Assembly: GCA_041658745.1 (NCBI GenBank)
Contig: JBAZZP010000002.1
Span: 76,833-140,832 of the forward strand
Length of the DNA stretch: 64,000 nucleotides
Origin: Candidatus Margulisiibacteriota bacterium
GTDB lineage: Bacteria > Margulisbacteria > WOR-1 > O2-12-FULL-45-9
Direction: 5' to 3'
The notes under the pieces were generated by a model. The model ran no database searches and had not been told where the DNA came from. It was given only the letters and a program-made list of their open reading frames with translations. The position numbers and the translations under genes are program-made. This document shows positions 38,599 through 47,190 of this stretch, piece after piece; the stretch's first letter is position 1, and each line of letters opens with the position of its first letter.

Positions 38599-39831
38599 CT
38601 AACCAGTATAAAGCTTCGACATATTCCACATGGGCAGGAAAATACCCAACGCAAGTAACAGCACGCCTAAACCTAAAACAAATATCAAGATTGGCTCAAG
38701 CAGGGTCATAAGATTAGAAATGGTGTAATCGGTCTCTTCATCAAAGTATTGGGCGCTTTTGGCCAGCATAGTATCAAGCGAGCCGGTTTTTTCACCAGTT
38801 GACACCATGTATATGGCCGCCGGCGGAAAAAGCGAAAATTGGCGAAGGCTTTCAGAAAGAGCAGTCCCTCCCACTACTTTTTCCCGAATACTAAGGATGG
38901 CATCCGAAATAACTACGTTATCTGCCGTTCCTGCAGTGATTTCGAGTCCGCTAACCACTGAAATGCCACTGCCAATGGTAGACGCTAGCATGGTAAAAAA
39001 CCTAGCCAGAGAAAGCTTGGTAATTAAGGGGCCTAAGATTGGAATCTTAAGCATAAGACTATCCAAAGTGTGTTTGCCGACCGGTGTTGCCACATAATAT
39101 TTAAAAAGCAGATACAAGAGGACAAGCACAATAATCATTGGGAGCCAGTAGACCGTCATGATAGTATTGATTCCCAATAAGATTTGAGTGGGCAATGGCA
39201 AATCTGATTTAAAGGCAGCAAATACCTGTTTAAAAGTTGGCAGGATAAACAAAACGGCAAAGATAAAAGCAGATACTAAGGCTCCTACAAGGATTAAAGG
39301 ATAACGCATGGCTGAAGAAATTTTCTGATGAAAGAGGTTTTCTTTTTCCAAATACTGAGAGATCTTTTTTAACACCTCTTCCATGGTACCGGAGCGCTCA
39401 CCGGCAGCCACCATTGCCACCACTAAAGTGGGAAACACTTTAGGAAATTGGGAAAGGGCATCAGAAAGAGTTGTTCCAGCCGCAACTTCTTCCTTTAATT
39501 TGGTAATAATCTCCCGTAGTTTTTCGTGGGCAAACTGTTCTTCTAGCGCTACCAAGGTTTCAAACAGCGGGATTCCAGCCGAAAAAAGAGCCGACATCTG
39601 GCGAAATAACAGCATGGTGTCACGGCTTTTAACTTTATTAAAGTCGGGCATTAATTTGCTAAAATCAAATACCTTGGCCAAATCGCCAAGAGTACTAGCT
39701 AGTTTTATATTGATGGGGTTATAGCCACGGGTGGTTAGTGCAGCAAAAACTTCGTCTGCAGTTGAGGCTTCCATTTGCTCAACCACAATTTCACCGCGAT
39801 CATTGATCGCTTTATACTCAAACTTGTTCAA
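38599..39831 (-). CDS. pilC: Type IV pilus assembly platform protein PilC (GspF family)
   Basis: Two GspF repeats and 3 TMs, 410 aa. Confidence 0.85.
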   Translation of the reverse strand: MNKFEYKAINDRGEIVVEQMEASTADEVFAALTTRGYNPINIKLASTLGDLAKVFDFSKLMPDFNKVKSRDTMLLFRQMSALFSAGIPLFETLVALEEQFAHEKLREIITKLKEEVAAGTTLSDALSQFPKVFPTLVVAMVAAGERSGTMEEVLKKISQYLEKENLFHQKISSAMRYPLILVGALVSAFIFAVLFILPTFKQVFAAFKSDLPLPTQILLGINTIMTVYWLPMIIVLVLLYLLFKYYVATPVGKHTLDSLMLKIPILGPLITKLSLARFFTMLASTIGSGISVVSGLEITAGTADNVVISDAILSIREKVVGGTALSESLRQFSLFPPAAIYMVSTGEKTGSLDTMLAKSAQYFDEETDYTISNLMTLLEPILIFVLGLGVLLLALGIFLPMWNMSKLYTG

Positions 39832-41320
39832 GCTCAGTTACCCGCAGGACTTCATCCAAGGTAGTTAGTCCGGCTTTTACTTTTTCCATTCCATCATCAT
39901 AGAGGGTACGCATGCCGTGTTCAACAGCATATTTTCGAATTTGATCCGAAGAAATTTTATCATTAATCATCTTGCGGATAGCTTCGTCCGGCAATAAGAG
40001 CTCAAAAATTCCCATCCGACCACGAAAACCGGTATTTTTACAGGATTTACAGCCTTTACCATGATAAGTAAATTTTAGGTCGGGATACTTTTGCTTTAAG
40101 CTGTCAGGTACAGCAATCTTTTCTTGGCACTTTTTACAGACGGTACGGACTAAGCGTTGAGCAACTACGGCTTCTACCGAAGAAGAAATTAAAAATGGCT
40201 CAACTCCCATATCGGTTAAACGCGTAAGCGCTCCGGCAGCATCATTGGTATGTAAAGTGGAAAAGACCAAATGGCCGGTAAGCGCTGATTGGATGGCAAT
40301 CGTGGCTGTTTCGAGATCCCGGATTTCTCCAATCAGAATTATATCTGGATCCTGACGAAGGATCGAACGCAAGGCAGACGCGAAAGTAAGACCGGCCTTA
40401 ACATTTACTTGTGTCTGGGTTATCCCTGACATTTCATACTCGATTGGATCTTCCACCGTAACAACATTCACTTCTTTACTATTGATTTCTGCTAAGACCG
40501 AATACAAGGTGGTTGATTTTCCCGAACCAGTGGGTCCAGTAACTAAAACAATTCCGTGCGGTTTATGGATAACTTTTTCAAATTTTGCCAGGTTTTCGGG
40601 AGTAAAACCCACTTGATCCATTTTTACCAGTGCGGCCGATTTATCCAAAATACGCATTACAATCTTTTCGCCGTAAGCTGATGGCAAACTGGAAATACGC
40701 AAGTCAATTTTACGACCTTCTTCTTCTACTTCAAATCGTCCATCTTGTGGAATCCGTGATTCGGCAATATTCATGCCGCTTAAAACCTTAATGCGAGCCA
40801 CTATCGGTGGAAGCATATGCAAGGGTAATTTTGATTCTTCGTGCAAAAGGCCATCTACCCGATAGCGCACCCTCACATCGGCTACTTCCGGCTCAATATG
40901 AATATCCGAAGCTCTTTCTCTAATTGCCTGTGAAAGTAGCACATCAACCAACTTCATGATCGGAGCATCAACTGTAGTAGCGATACGGGAACGCATACCC
41001 TCAGGCGGATGATAATCTTGGATAACACTATCCACTACCCCAGAAATCCCATAATATTCGGTTATAGAATCTTCCACATCCTGGACACTAGATTTAACCA
41101 CCGAAATATCCATCTTGGTTACGGCTCTTAATTCATCTAAAGCCGAAACATTTTTGGGATCCGACATAGCAACCGTTAAGGTATTCCCAACTTTAAAAAG
41201 AGGAAGGAGTTTAAATTTTGTGACCAAAGCAGCGGGAATCAAACTTAATACAGCAGAATCGATTGCATAACTTGATAAATCTACTTCGGGAACTTCCTGG
41301 ATTGGTTTATTCTCGGACAT
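39818..41320 (-). CDS. pilB: Type IV pilus assembly ATPase PilB (GspE family)
   Basis: N-terminal GSPII_E_N-like domain, Walker A GPTGSGKSTT, and a tetracysteine motif CKKC...CKSC. Confidence 0.9.
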   Translation of the reverse strand: MSENKPIQEVPEVDLSSYAIDSAVLSLIPAALVTKFKLLPLFKVGNTLTVAMSDPKNVSALDELRAVTKMDISVVKSSVQDVEDSITEYYGISGVVDSVIQDYHPPEGMRSRIATTVDAPIMKLVDVLLSQAIRERASDIHIEPEVADVRVRYRVDGLLHEESKLPLHMLPPIVARIKVLSGMNIAESRIPQDGRFEVEEEGRKIDLRISSLPSAYGEKIVMRILDKSAALVKMDQVGFTPENLAKFEKVIHKPHGIVLVTGPTGSGKSTTLYSVLAEINSKEVNVVTVEDPIEYEMSGITQTQVNVKAGLTFASALRSILRQDPDIILIGEIRDLETATIAIQSALTGHLVFSTLHTNDAAGALTRLTDMGVEPFLISSSVEAVVAQRLVRTVCKKCQEKIAVPDSLKQKYPDLKFTYHGKGCKSCKNTGFRGRMGIFELLLPDEAIRKMINDKISSDQIRKYAVEHGMRTLYDDGMEKVKAGLTTLDEVLRVTELEQV

Positions 41321-41352
41321 CAGACGTATTATATGGAGAGATAATCAATCCG

Positions 41353-41742
41353 TCAAGCAGTAATTTGTTTTTTAGCTGGACGATTTAGCAAATCATTAGC
41401 CATTTGCATTAGAATCTCTAGTTTAAAAGGCTTGGGCAAATAAGCATCGGCGCCCACTTCTTCACCCAACTCGTGCTTATCTTCAGAAAGAGAAGAATAC
41501 ATTAATATCGGGATGTCTTTAAAATTGCGATCAAATTTTATCAACCGACAAATATGGAAGCCGTCCATTTTGGGCAACATGACATCTAAAATGATAAGAT
41601 CGGGTTTTTCTGCCTTAATTCTTTGCAAGGCATCATAGCCATCATTAGTACACGAAGCTTCATGTCCTAGGTCTTTAAATTGCATAGCCACCAAGCCAGA
41701 CAAGGCTTCGTCATCATCGACAATTAATATCTTTTTGGTCAT
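41353..41742 (-). CDS. Single-domain response regulator (CheY-like receiver)
   Basis: DD...D54 (LDVMLP)...K pattern, 129 aa. Directly upstream of pilB. Confidence 0.85.
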   Translation of the reverse strand: MTKKILIVDDDEALSGLVAMQFKDLGHEASCTNDGYDALQRIKAEKPDLIILDVMLPKMDGFHICRLIKFDRNFKDIPILMYSSLSEDKHELGEEVGADAYLPKPFKLEILMQMANDLLNRPAKKQITA

Positions 41743-41812
41743 AGGAATTATTATATTAGCAGATTCTACAGGCTATCGCAAGAAGCCGCAATATAATGTA
41801 TAATCTTTTAGC

Positions 41813-43165
41813 ATGCCAGATTTGAATGTCGAACAGCAATTAGTGATCCAAGATATTAAAACCAAGTTTTCGTGGTCTATCATTATCCGCTATGTCGTTG
41901 CGATCATTAGTGCTATATTGCTTTTTGTCTCCGGCTATTCCGGTTCAATTTCTGGGACCGGAATATATCTCATCCTATATCTCTTTAGCTACAACATATT
42001 TGCCAATTTAATTGTTTTTTTTAAAAAACACTTTAGCCTCCTACAAATAGTTGTTTTAGGCTGGCTATTTCAATTGCTTGATTTAGTTTCGATTACCTTT
42101 TTAATCTACATAACCGGTTGGCTAGAAAGCCCCTATTGGTTTCTTTACCTGGTACTAATCATTCTTTCTGGTTTTGGGGTATTTTCTTATTATTCTATTT
42201 CGGTCCTTATAATTGCTTTTATTTCTACCTGTTTTTATTTGGGGCTGCTTTTTGCCGCTTATTTCAAATTCCTGCCCGTTTACGGTCCTGATTTTCGCCT
42301 AACCCCACAAGAATTATTACTCTCAATCTATAATAAAGCCGTTTTTGCCAGCATTGCTTTTTTCTTATTGGCCATCACCATCTACTATTTTTCCAAATTA
42401 CTCAACCAACAAAGAGAGGAATTAACGGCTCGCAACCTAAAGTTAACTGTTGCCCTAGAAAAGATGAAAGATGTTGACCGCTTAAAAGACGAATTCGTTG
42501 CAACAGCCTCCCATGAATTGCGTACTCCACTCTCAGTGATTCGTGAGAATGTTGCCTTGATTAAAGATGGAATAACTGGCAGTGTCAATGAAAAGCAGCT
42601 TCAATTGTTAATTAGCACCCATGCCAATATTGACCGGTTGGCTGGGATATTAAATAACTTGCTCGATGTTTCCAAAATTGAATCCCATTTGTTTAACCTA
42701 AATCGCCAACCTTGCGATCTTTGTCAAATTGCAAAATGTTCAATAGACTTTATGACTATAAATGCTCAAAAGAAAAATATCACGCTAAAACTAACCTGCC
42801 CACAAAAATCCATTAATTTGATCGACCAAGAGCAGATTTCGCGTGTTTTCATTAATTTAATTGATAATGCCATTAAATATTCTCCCGACAATACTGTCAT
42901 CAATATAAGCATTGAAGATAATCCCACTCAATCACAGGTCAGCATAGAGGATCAGTCAAATGGAATCGCGAGTGAAGATTTGCCCAAATTATTTGAACGT
43001 TTTGTGCATATCCGCAAAGATACCAATGCAGCAGCGGAAGGCAGCGGCCTTGGACTTTCTATTTGCAAAGGAATCATTGAGCTGCATGGTGGAAAAATCT
43101 GGGCTGAAAGCAAATTGGGTGTGGGGAATAAGTTTATTTTCACCTTACCAAAGATTGGAGAATGA
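41813..43165 (+). CDS. Membrane sensor histidine kinase
   Basis: 6-7 N-terminal TMs, HisKA H-box ATASHELRTPL, and HATPase N/G boxes. Confidence 0.85.
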   Translation: MPDLNVEQQLVIQDIKTKFSWSIIIRYVVAIISAILLFVSGYSGSISGTGIYLILYLFSYNIFANLIVFFKKHFSLLQIVVLGWLFQLLDLVSITFLIYITGWLESPYWFLYLVLIILSGFGVFSYYSISVLIIAFISTCFYLGLLFAAYFKFLPVYGPDFRLTPQELLLSIYNKAVFASIAFFLLAITIYYFSKLLNQQREELTARNLKLTVALEKMKDVDRLKDEFVATASHELRTPLSVIRENVALIKDGITGSVNEKQLQLLISTHANIDRLAGILNNLLDVSKIESHLFNLNRQPCDLCQIAKCSIDFMTINAQKKNITLKLTCPQKSINLIDQEQISRVFINLIDNAIKYSPDNTVINISIEDNPTQSQVSIEDQSNGIASEDLPKLFERFVHIRKDTNAAAEGSGLGLSICKGIIELHGGKIWAESKLGVGNKFIFTLPKIGE

Positions 43166-43166
43166 A

Positions 43167-43547
43167 ATGGTAAATAATGCAAAAATACTTATAATTGAAG
43201 ACGATAAAGACATGGCAAATGCCATAAAGATGCGACTGGAAGCCAATAACTATGAAGTTTTGGTTGAAAACGACGGTATGGAAGGCTTAAATCGTGCCCG
43301 CAACGAAAAACCAGATTTACTGATCTTAGATGTTATGTTGCCTAAGATTGATGGCTTTAATATCTGTCGGATGCTCAAATTTGATGAGAAATACAAAAAG
43401 CTACTTGTTATTATTTTAAGTGCTAAAGTGCAGCAAACCGATATTGATCGAGGGGGCGAAGTGGGGGCAGATGCTTATATGGCAAAACCATTTAAGTCAG
43501 AAGAATTACTGGCAAAGATTGAGGAATTACTACACGCTCGCCATTAG
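43167..43547 (+). CDS. Single-domain response regulator
   Basis: MVNNAKILIIEDDKDM...LDVMLPKIDG receiver. The ORF track starts at 42960 inside the kinase gene; the ATG at 43167 follows the kinase stop. Confidence 0.8.
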   Translation: MVNNAKILIIEDDKDMANAIKMRLEANNYEVLVENDGMEGLNRARNEKPDLLILDVMLPKIDGFNICRMLKFDEKYKKLLVIILSAKVQQTDIDRGGEVGADAYMAKPFKSEELLAKIEELLHARH

Positions 43548-43907
43548 TTGATTAACTCTTTTAATCAAAACCTCAGGCTTAACTGGTTTAAAGAAGATTT
43601 CGGCAACATTTAGATATTTTGTAAGTTTATCGCGAGAAGTTGGGCTGGTACTGGCGGTAAGCACTATTACCGGAATTTTCTTTAATGTAATATCATCTGC
43701 CATTTTTTCCAAGAAAACAAACCCATCCATGACTGGCATAAGCAAATCTAAAATGATTAAATGGGGATGGGTCATTTGAGCCGCTTTTAATCCTTCTTCG
43801 CCATTATCCGCCGTAAGCACCTCACAATCAATAGTTTTGGTTAGGCGAAAGGATAAAAGACCCGAAAATTGATTTTCGTCATCAATAATTAGTATCTTAT
43901 ATTTCAT
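43530..43907 (-). CDS. Single-domain response regulator
   Basis: KILIIDDE...ILDLLMPVMDG...K receiver, 125 aa. Confidence 0.8.
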   Translation of the reverse strand: MKYKILIIDDENQFSGLLSFRLTKTIDCEVLTADNGEEGLKAAQMTHPHLIILDLLMPVMDGFVFLEKMADDITLKKIPVIVLTASTSPTSRDKLTKYLNVAEIFFKPVKPEVLIKRVNQLMASV

Positions 43908-44943
43908 TTGTCTTCCTTCTGGGCAATGAAAATACTATTTTGGTCCCCTGCCCCGGGATAGAAGATTCAATCCATATTTTTTCGCCATGAGCCTCAAGAT
44001 ACCCTTTTGAAATAGATAATCCCAAACCAGTTCCCTTAGATCCTGGCCCGTGAATCCTGCCAATTTGGATAAATTTATTAAATAATTTTGCTTGGTCAAT
44101 AGGAGAAATACCAAAACCAGTATCTTTCACATAAATCTCAACCTTATTTTCTTTTAAAACGAAACCAATTTCAACATAACCTTTTTCAGTATAATTCAAT
44201 GCATTGCTTAACAAATTACGCAACACCTCGGCAATTAGGTCTTTATCTGCATAAACCATTGCTGCTTCCTTTGGACATTTATTGATAATCTCCAATCCTT
44301 TCTTTTTAACCATTAATGCATAAGCAGAAACAATTTCACTAATTAAATCAACAACATTAAATTCAATTCGTTTTAATTCAAGTTTTCCGGCTTCAATTTT
44401 GGAAATATTAAGCAGGTTCTCGATCAAGCTTCCCAACCATTCCACATTGCACAATGAAACCTTTAATAATTGTTCCTGTTCGTCGGTGATAGGTCCGCGC
44501 AAACCTTCCACAAGCTGAGAAATGCTTTCCTGAACGATAGCGAGCGGAGTGCGAAGTTCATGAGAAACCGTAGAAATAAAATCAGATTTTACCTGACTTA
44601 GCTTTTTTATTTCTTCCATGCTGCCGGTTAAATCACGCATAATGTGTAACATGGCCCTTCGGTTGTTTTCTTTAAGTGCTTCTTCCCTTTTTATTATATC
44701 AAGGGCTTTTGAGGTGTTGTTTGCTTCAGCTAATCTCTGCCACTGAAAATGCTCACATGTAAAAAAGGTAACGATGGCAATAAGAAATAATAGGCAAACA
44801 AATAAATGAGCAAATAAATTGTTGCCAATCATACAAAAAATGTTATGACAAAGAATATCAATAAATAATAAAATAGTTATTAATATAATTAAAAAGTTTT
44901 TGACGATAAAATAACTATTTGGATTAAAATTAAATTGTTTCAT
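43897..44943 (-). CDS. Membrane sensor histidine kinase
   Basis: 2 TMs, H-box VSHELRTPL, HATPase_c. Confidence 0.85.
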   Translation of the reverse strand: MKQFNFNPNSYFIVKNFLIILITILLFIDILCHNIFCMIGNNLFAHLFVCLLFLIAIVTFFTCEHFQWQRLAEANNTSKALDIIKREEALKENNRRAMLHIMRDLTGSMEEIKKLSQVKSDFISTVSHELRTPLAIVQESISQLVEGLRGPITDEQEQLLKVSLCNVEWLGSLIENLLNISKIEAGKLELKRIEFNVVDLISEIVSAYALMVKKKGLEIINKCPKEAAMVYADKDLIAEVLRNLLSNALNYTEKGYVEIGFVLKENKVEIYVKDTGFGISPIDQAKLFNKFIQIGRIHGPGSKGTGLGLSISKGYLEAHGEKIWIESSIPGQGTKIVFSLPRRKTNEI

Positions 44944-46403
44944 TTATATATGGGAGGGCGATTTAGTTCTTCAAGAAGCCCATTAACTTCCTTTTCCAAT
45001 TCAATCAAGCGCAACTCCCTTCCAACAGCAGCCTTATTAAAGACTTCTAATTCGCTTATTTTTTCATGCATCTTCCCTCTAATTTCAATCGATTCCATAG
45101 CGAACACAATGTCGTCAGCTAATTCTTCTATAATCTTTATTTCATTAGCATCAAATATCTCAGTATTATCCGAATAAATACCAATTACCCCAATGACCCC
45201 GTTGTCGTCTTTAGAGATAAGAGGGACAGATAAAACGGCAGAAAATCCACAGGCTAATGCTTTTTCCCTCCAAGGGGCAAAATATGCGTCAGTAGCAACG
45301 TTTTTACAGACAACCGATTTTTTCTGCATAATTGATCTTCCGGCAGGCCCAAGACTATAAGGAGAAGTGCCATTATAGGTTAGATGGATGTTTGTTAGAT
45401 ATTCAGGATGAACTCCAGAAAAAGCTCGCGGAATAACGGTTCCAGTATTCTCGTCAATTAAGGCTACTGCAACCAGTAAATAACTGCGCGTCTTTACTAA
45501 AATGTTGCAAGCCTCCTTGAATAATTTATTCACTTCGTTGGCTCTAACAATTAGCTGGTTTATTGCACTGATAGAACGAATAATACCATTCAACCTTTCT
45601 ATGCTATCAGTCATTTTCTTTTTTTCACTTACATTTCTTACTAAAACCATAACGGTTTCATTTTCGGTTGGAATAAAACGCGATTCGTAGAATTTAATTT
45701 CATTGCCGATAGGGAGAGAATACTCGAAAATAATATTTTTTTTGTTTTTTAGAGTATCCGAAATATAATTCATTATTGTCTGGGCAAAATCACCCAGGAA
45801 TACCTCTCGAACGGATTTGTTGATAAATTTATCGGGAGGAACAAACAATTCGTCGGCCGCACTTTTGTAGTTTATAAATACACCTTCCTTGTTAAACTGA
45901 AACATCATGTCCGGCATGGCATGGATAAGAGCGGCCAAGCTTGATTCGCTTTTTTTTAATTTTTCTTCGGCAACGAACTTGTCAGTTATATCGTGCAATA
46001 AGGCAATTTCGCCACTGTTTTTGGCATTTTCCCCTTTTATTGGAAAACCAAATACTTCAAAATAAATTATCTCTCCCTTGCGACTCCTAGCTTCTATTTC
46101 GTAAGGTTCAACCAGAAAGCCGGCCATTCTTTTAGCAAAATTTGCCAATAAAACAGTTAAGCTTTTAGGTGGGAAAATAAAAGCTAGGACATTTATGGTT
46201 TTTCCTATAATTTCATCTTTGGTAAATCCAGTTAACTCAATGGCCCTAGAATTGATATTGATAATTTCACCATGTGGATCGATGTGGGCAATTACATCTC
46301 TTGAAAAGGAAAAGATGCCATCATAAACCTCTTTATATATGTAGCATTTATGAGGGCTATAATCTGATTCTTGTTCTTCAGTCCCGTGGATTTCATCCAT
46401 CAT
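44940..46403 (-). CDS. PAS-PAS-GAF sensor protein without an output domain
   Basis: Two PAS-like modules and a GAF-like region, then a C-terminal coiled coil. 4-nt overlap (ATGA) with the downstream kinase gene. Confidence 0.55.
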   Translation of the reverse strand: MMDEIHGTEEQESDYSPHKCYIYKEVYDGIFSFSRDVIAHIDPHGEIININSRAIELTGFTKDEIIGKTINVLAFIFPPKSLTVLLANFAKRMAGFLVEPYEIEARSRKGEIIYFEVFGFPIKGENAKNSGEIALLHDITDKFVAEEKLKKSESSLAALIHAMPDMMFQFNKEGVFINYKSAADELFVPPDKFINKSVREVFLGDFAQTIMNYISDTLKNKKNIIFEYSLPIGNEIKFYESRFIPTENETVMVLVRNVSEKKKMTDSIERLNGIIRSISAINQLIVRANEVNKLFKEACNILVKTRSYLLVAVALIDENTGTVIPRAFSGVHPEYLTNIHLTYNGTSPYSLGPAGRSIMQKKSVVCKNVATDAYFAPWREKALACGFSAVLSVPLISKDDNGVIGVIGIYSDNTEIFDANEIKIIEELADDIVFAMESIEIRGKMHEKISELEVFNKAAVGRELRLIELEKEVNGLLEELNRPPIYK

Positions 46404-46430
46404 TTTTAGCTCCTTATAAAATCGGGTTGG

Positions 46431-46799
46431 CTAAGCTGTAAGCAATTCGTTAACTTTACTAATCAGAGTTTCGGGTTCAAACGGCTTGGTAATATAAGCA
46501 TCTGCCAGGACTTCCATTCCCTTTTGCTTATCAACTGCTTGGTCACGAGCTGTAAAAAGGATAATGGGAATATTTTTAAAATTAAAGTCATGTTTTAAAA
46601 GTCCACAAACCATGTAGCCGTCCATTTTGGGAAGCATAAGATCTAAAATGATTAAATCCGGTTTTTCTTTTTTGGCCATTTCCAGGCCTGCTTTTCCATC
46701 AGTAGCCGATATAACATCAAATTTAGCTGCTTTTAGGCGGACAGTAACTATTTTAATAATATCGGCTTCATCATCAACCACTAATATTTTTTTTGTCAT
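46431..46799 (-). CDS. Single-domain response regulator
   Basis: KILVVDDE...ILDLMLPKMDG...K receiver, 122 aa. Confidence 0.85.
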   Translation of the reverse strand: MTKKILVVDDEADIIKIVTVRLKAAKFDVISATDGKAGLEMAKKEKPDLIILDLMLPKMDGYMVCGLLKHDFNFKNIPIILFTARDQAVDKQKGMEVLADAYITKPFEPETLISKVNELLTA

Positions 46800-46804
46800 G
46801 ACCC

Positions 46805-47173
46805 TTATTCTCCTATATACTTGCGTACTTTAGCAAGCAATTCCTCTGGTTCAAAAGGTTTTATCATATAATCATTAGCCTTGTAACCTTGCATCTTTTG
46901 CATCACCTGCTCGGTTTGGCTGGCAGAAAGAAAGATTACCGGAATATTTTTTAGTTTTTCATCCTGGCGAATTTTATCACAGACTTCGGATCCTCCCAGA
47001 ATGGGCATGCGCAAATCCAAGAAAACCAAATCGGGTTTGATTTCCTGCACAATTTTCCATCCCTCCCCCCCATCTTTTGCCACATATACCGTATAACCTT
47101 CTTTTTTTAAACGGAATTCAACTACCCGCAGGATATCTGGTTCATCGTCTACAACTAAGATTTTCTTGGCCAT
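46805..47173 (-). CDS. Single-domain response regulator
   Basis: KILVVDDEPD...FLDLRMP...K receiver, 122 aa. Confidence 0.85.
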   Translation of the reverse strand: MAKKILVVDDEPDILRVVEFRLKKEGYTVYVAKDGGEGWKIVQEIKPDLVFLDLRMPILGGSEVCDKIRQDEKLKNIPVIFLSASQTEQVMQKMQGYKANDYMIKPFEPEELLAKVRKYIGE

Positions 47174-47190
47174 TTTATTTCACTCCTTGG

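Noticed and set aside
42960-43166. Long 5' extension of the plus-strand response regulator ORF overlapping the kinase gene
   Set aside because: The extension lies within the histidine kinase coding frame region. A proper ATG with receiver N-terminus (MVNNAKILIIEDD) starts at 43167 right after the kinase stop.
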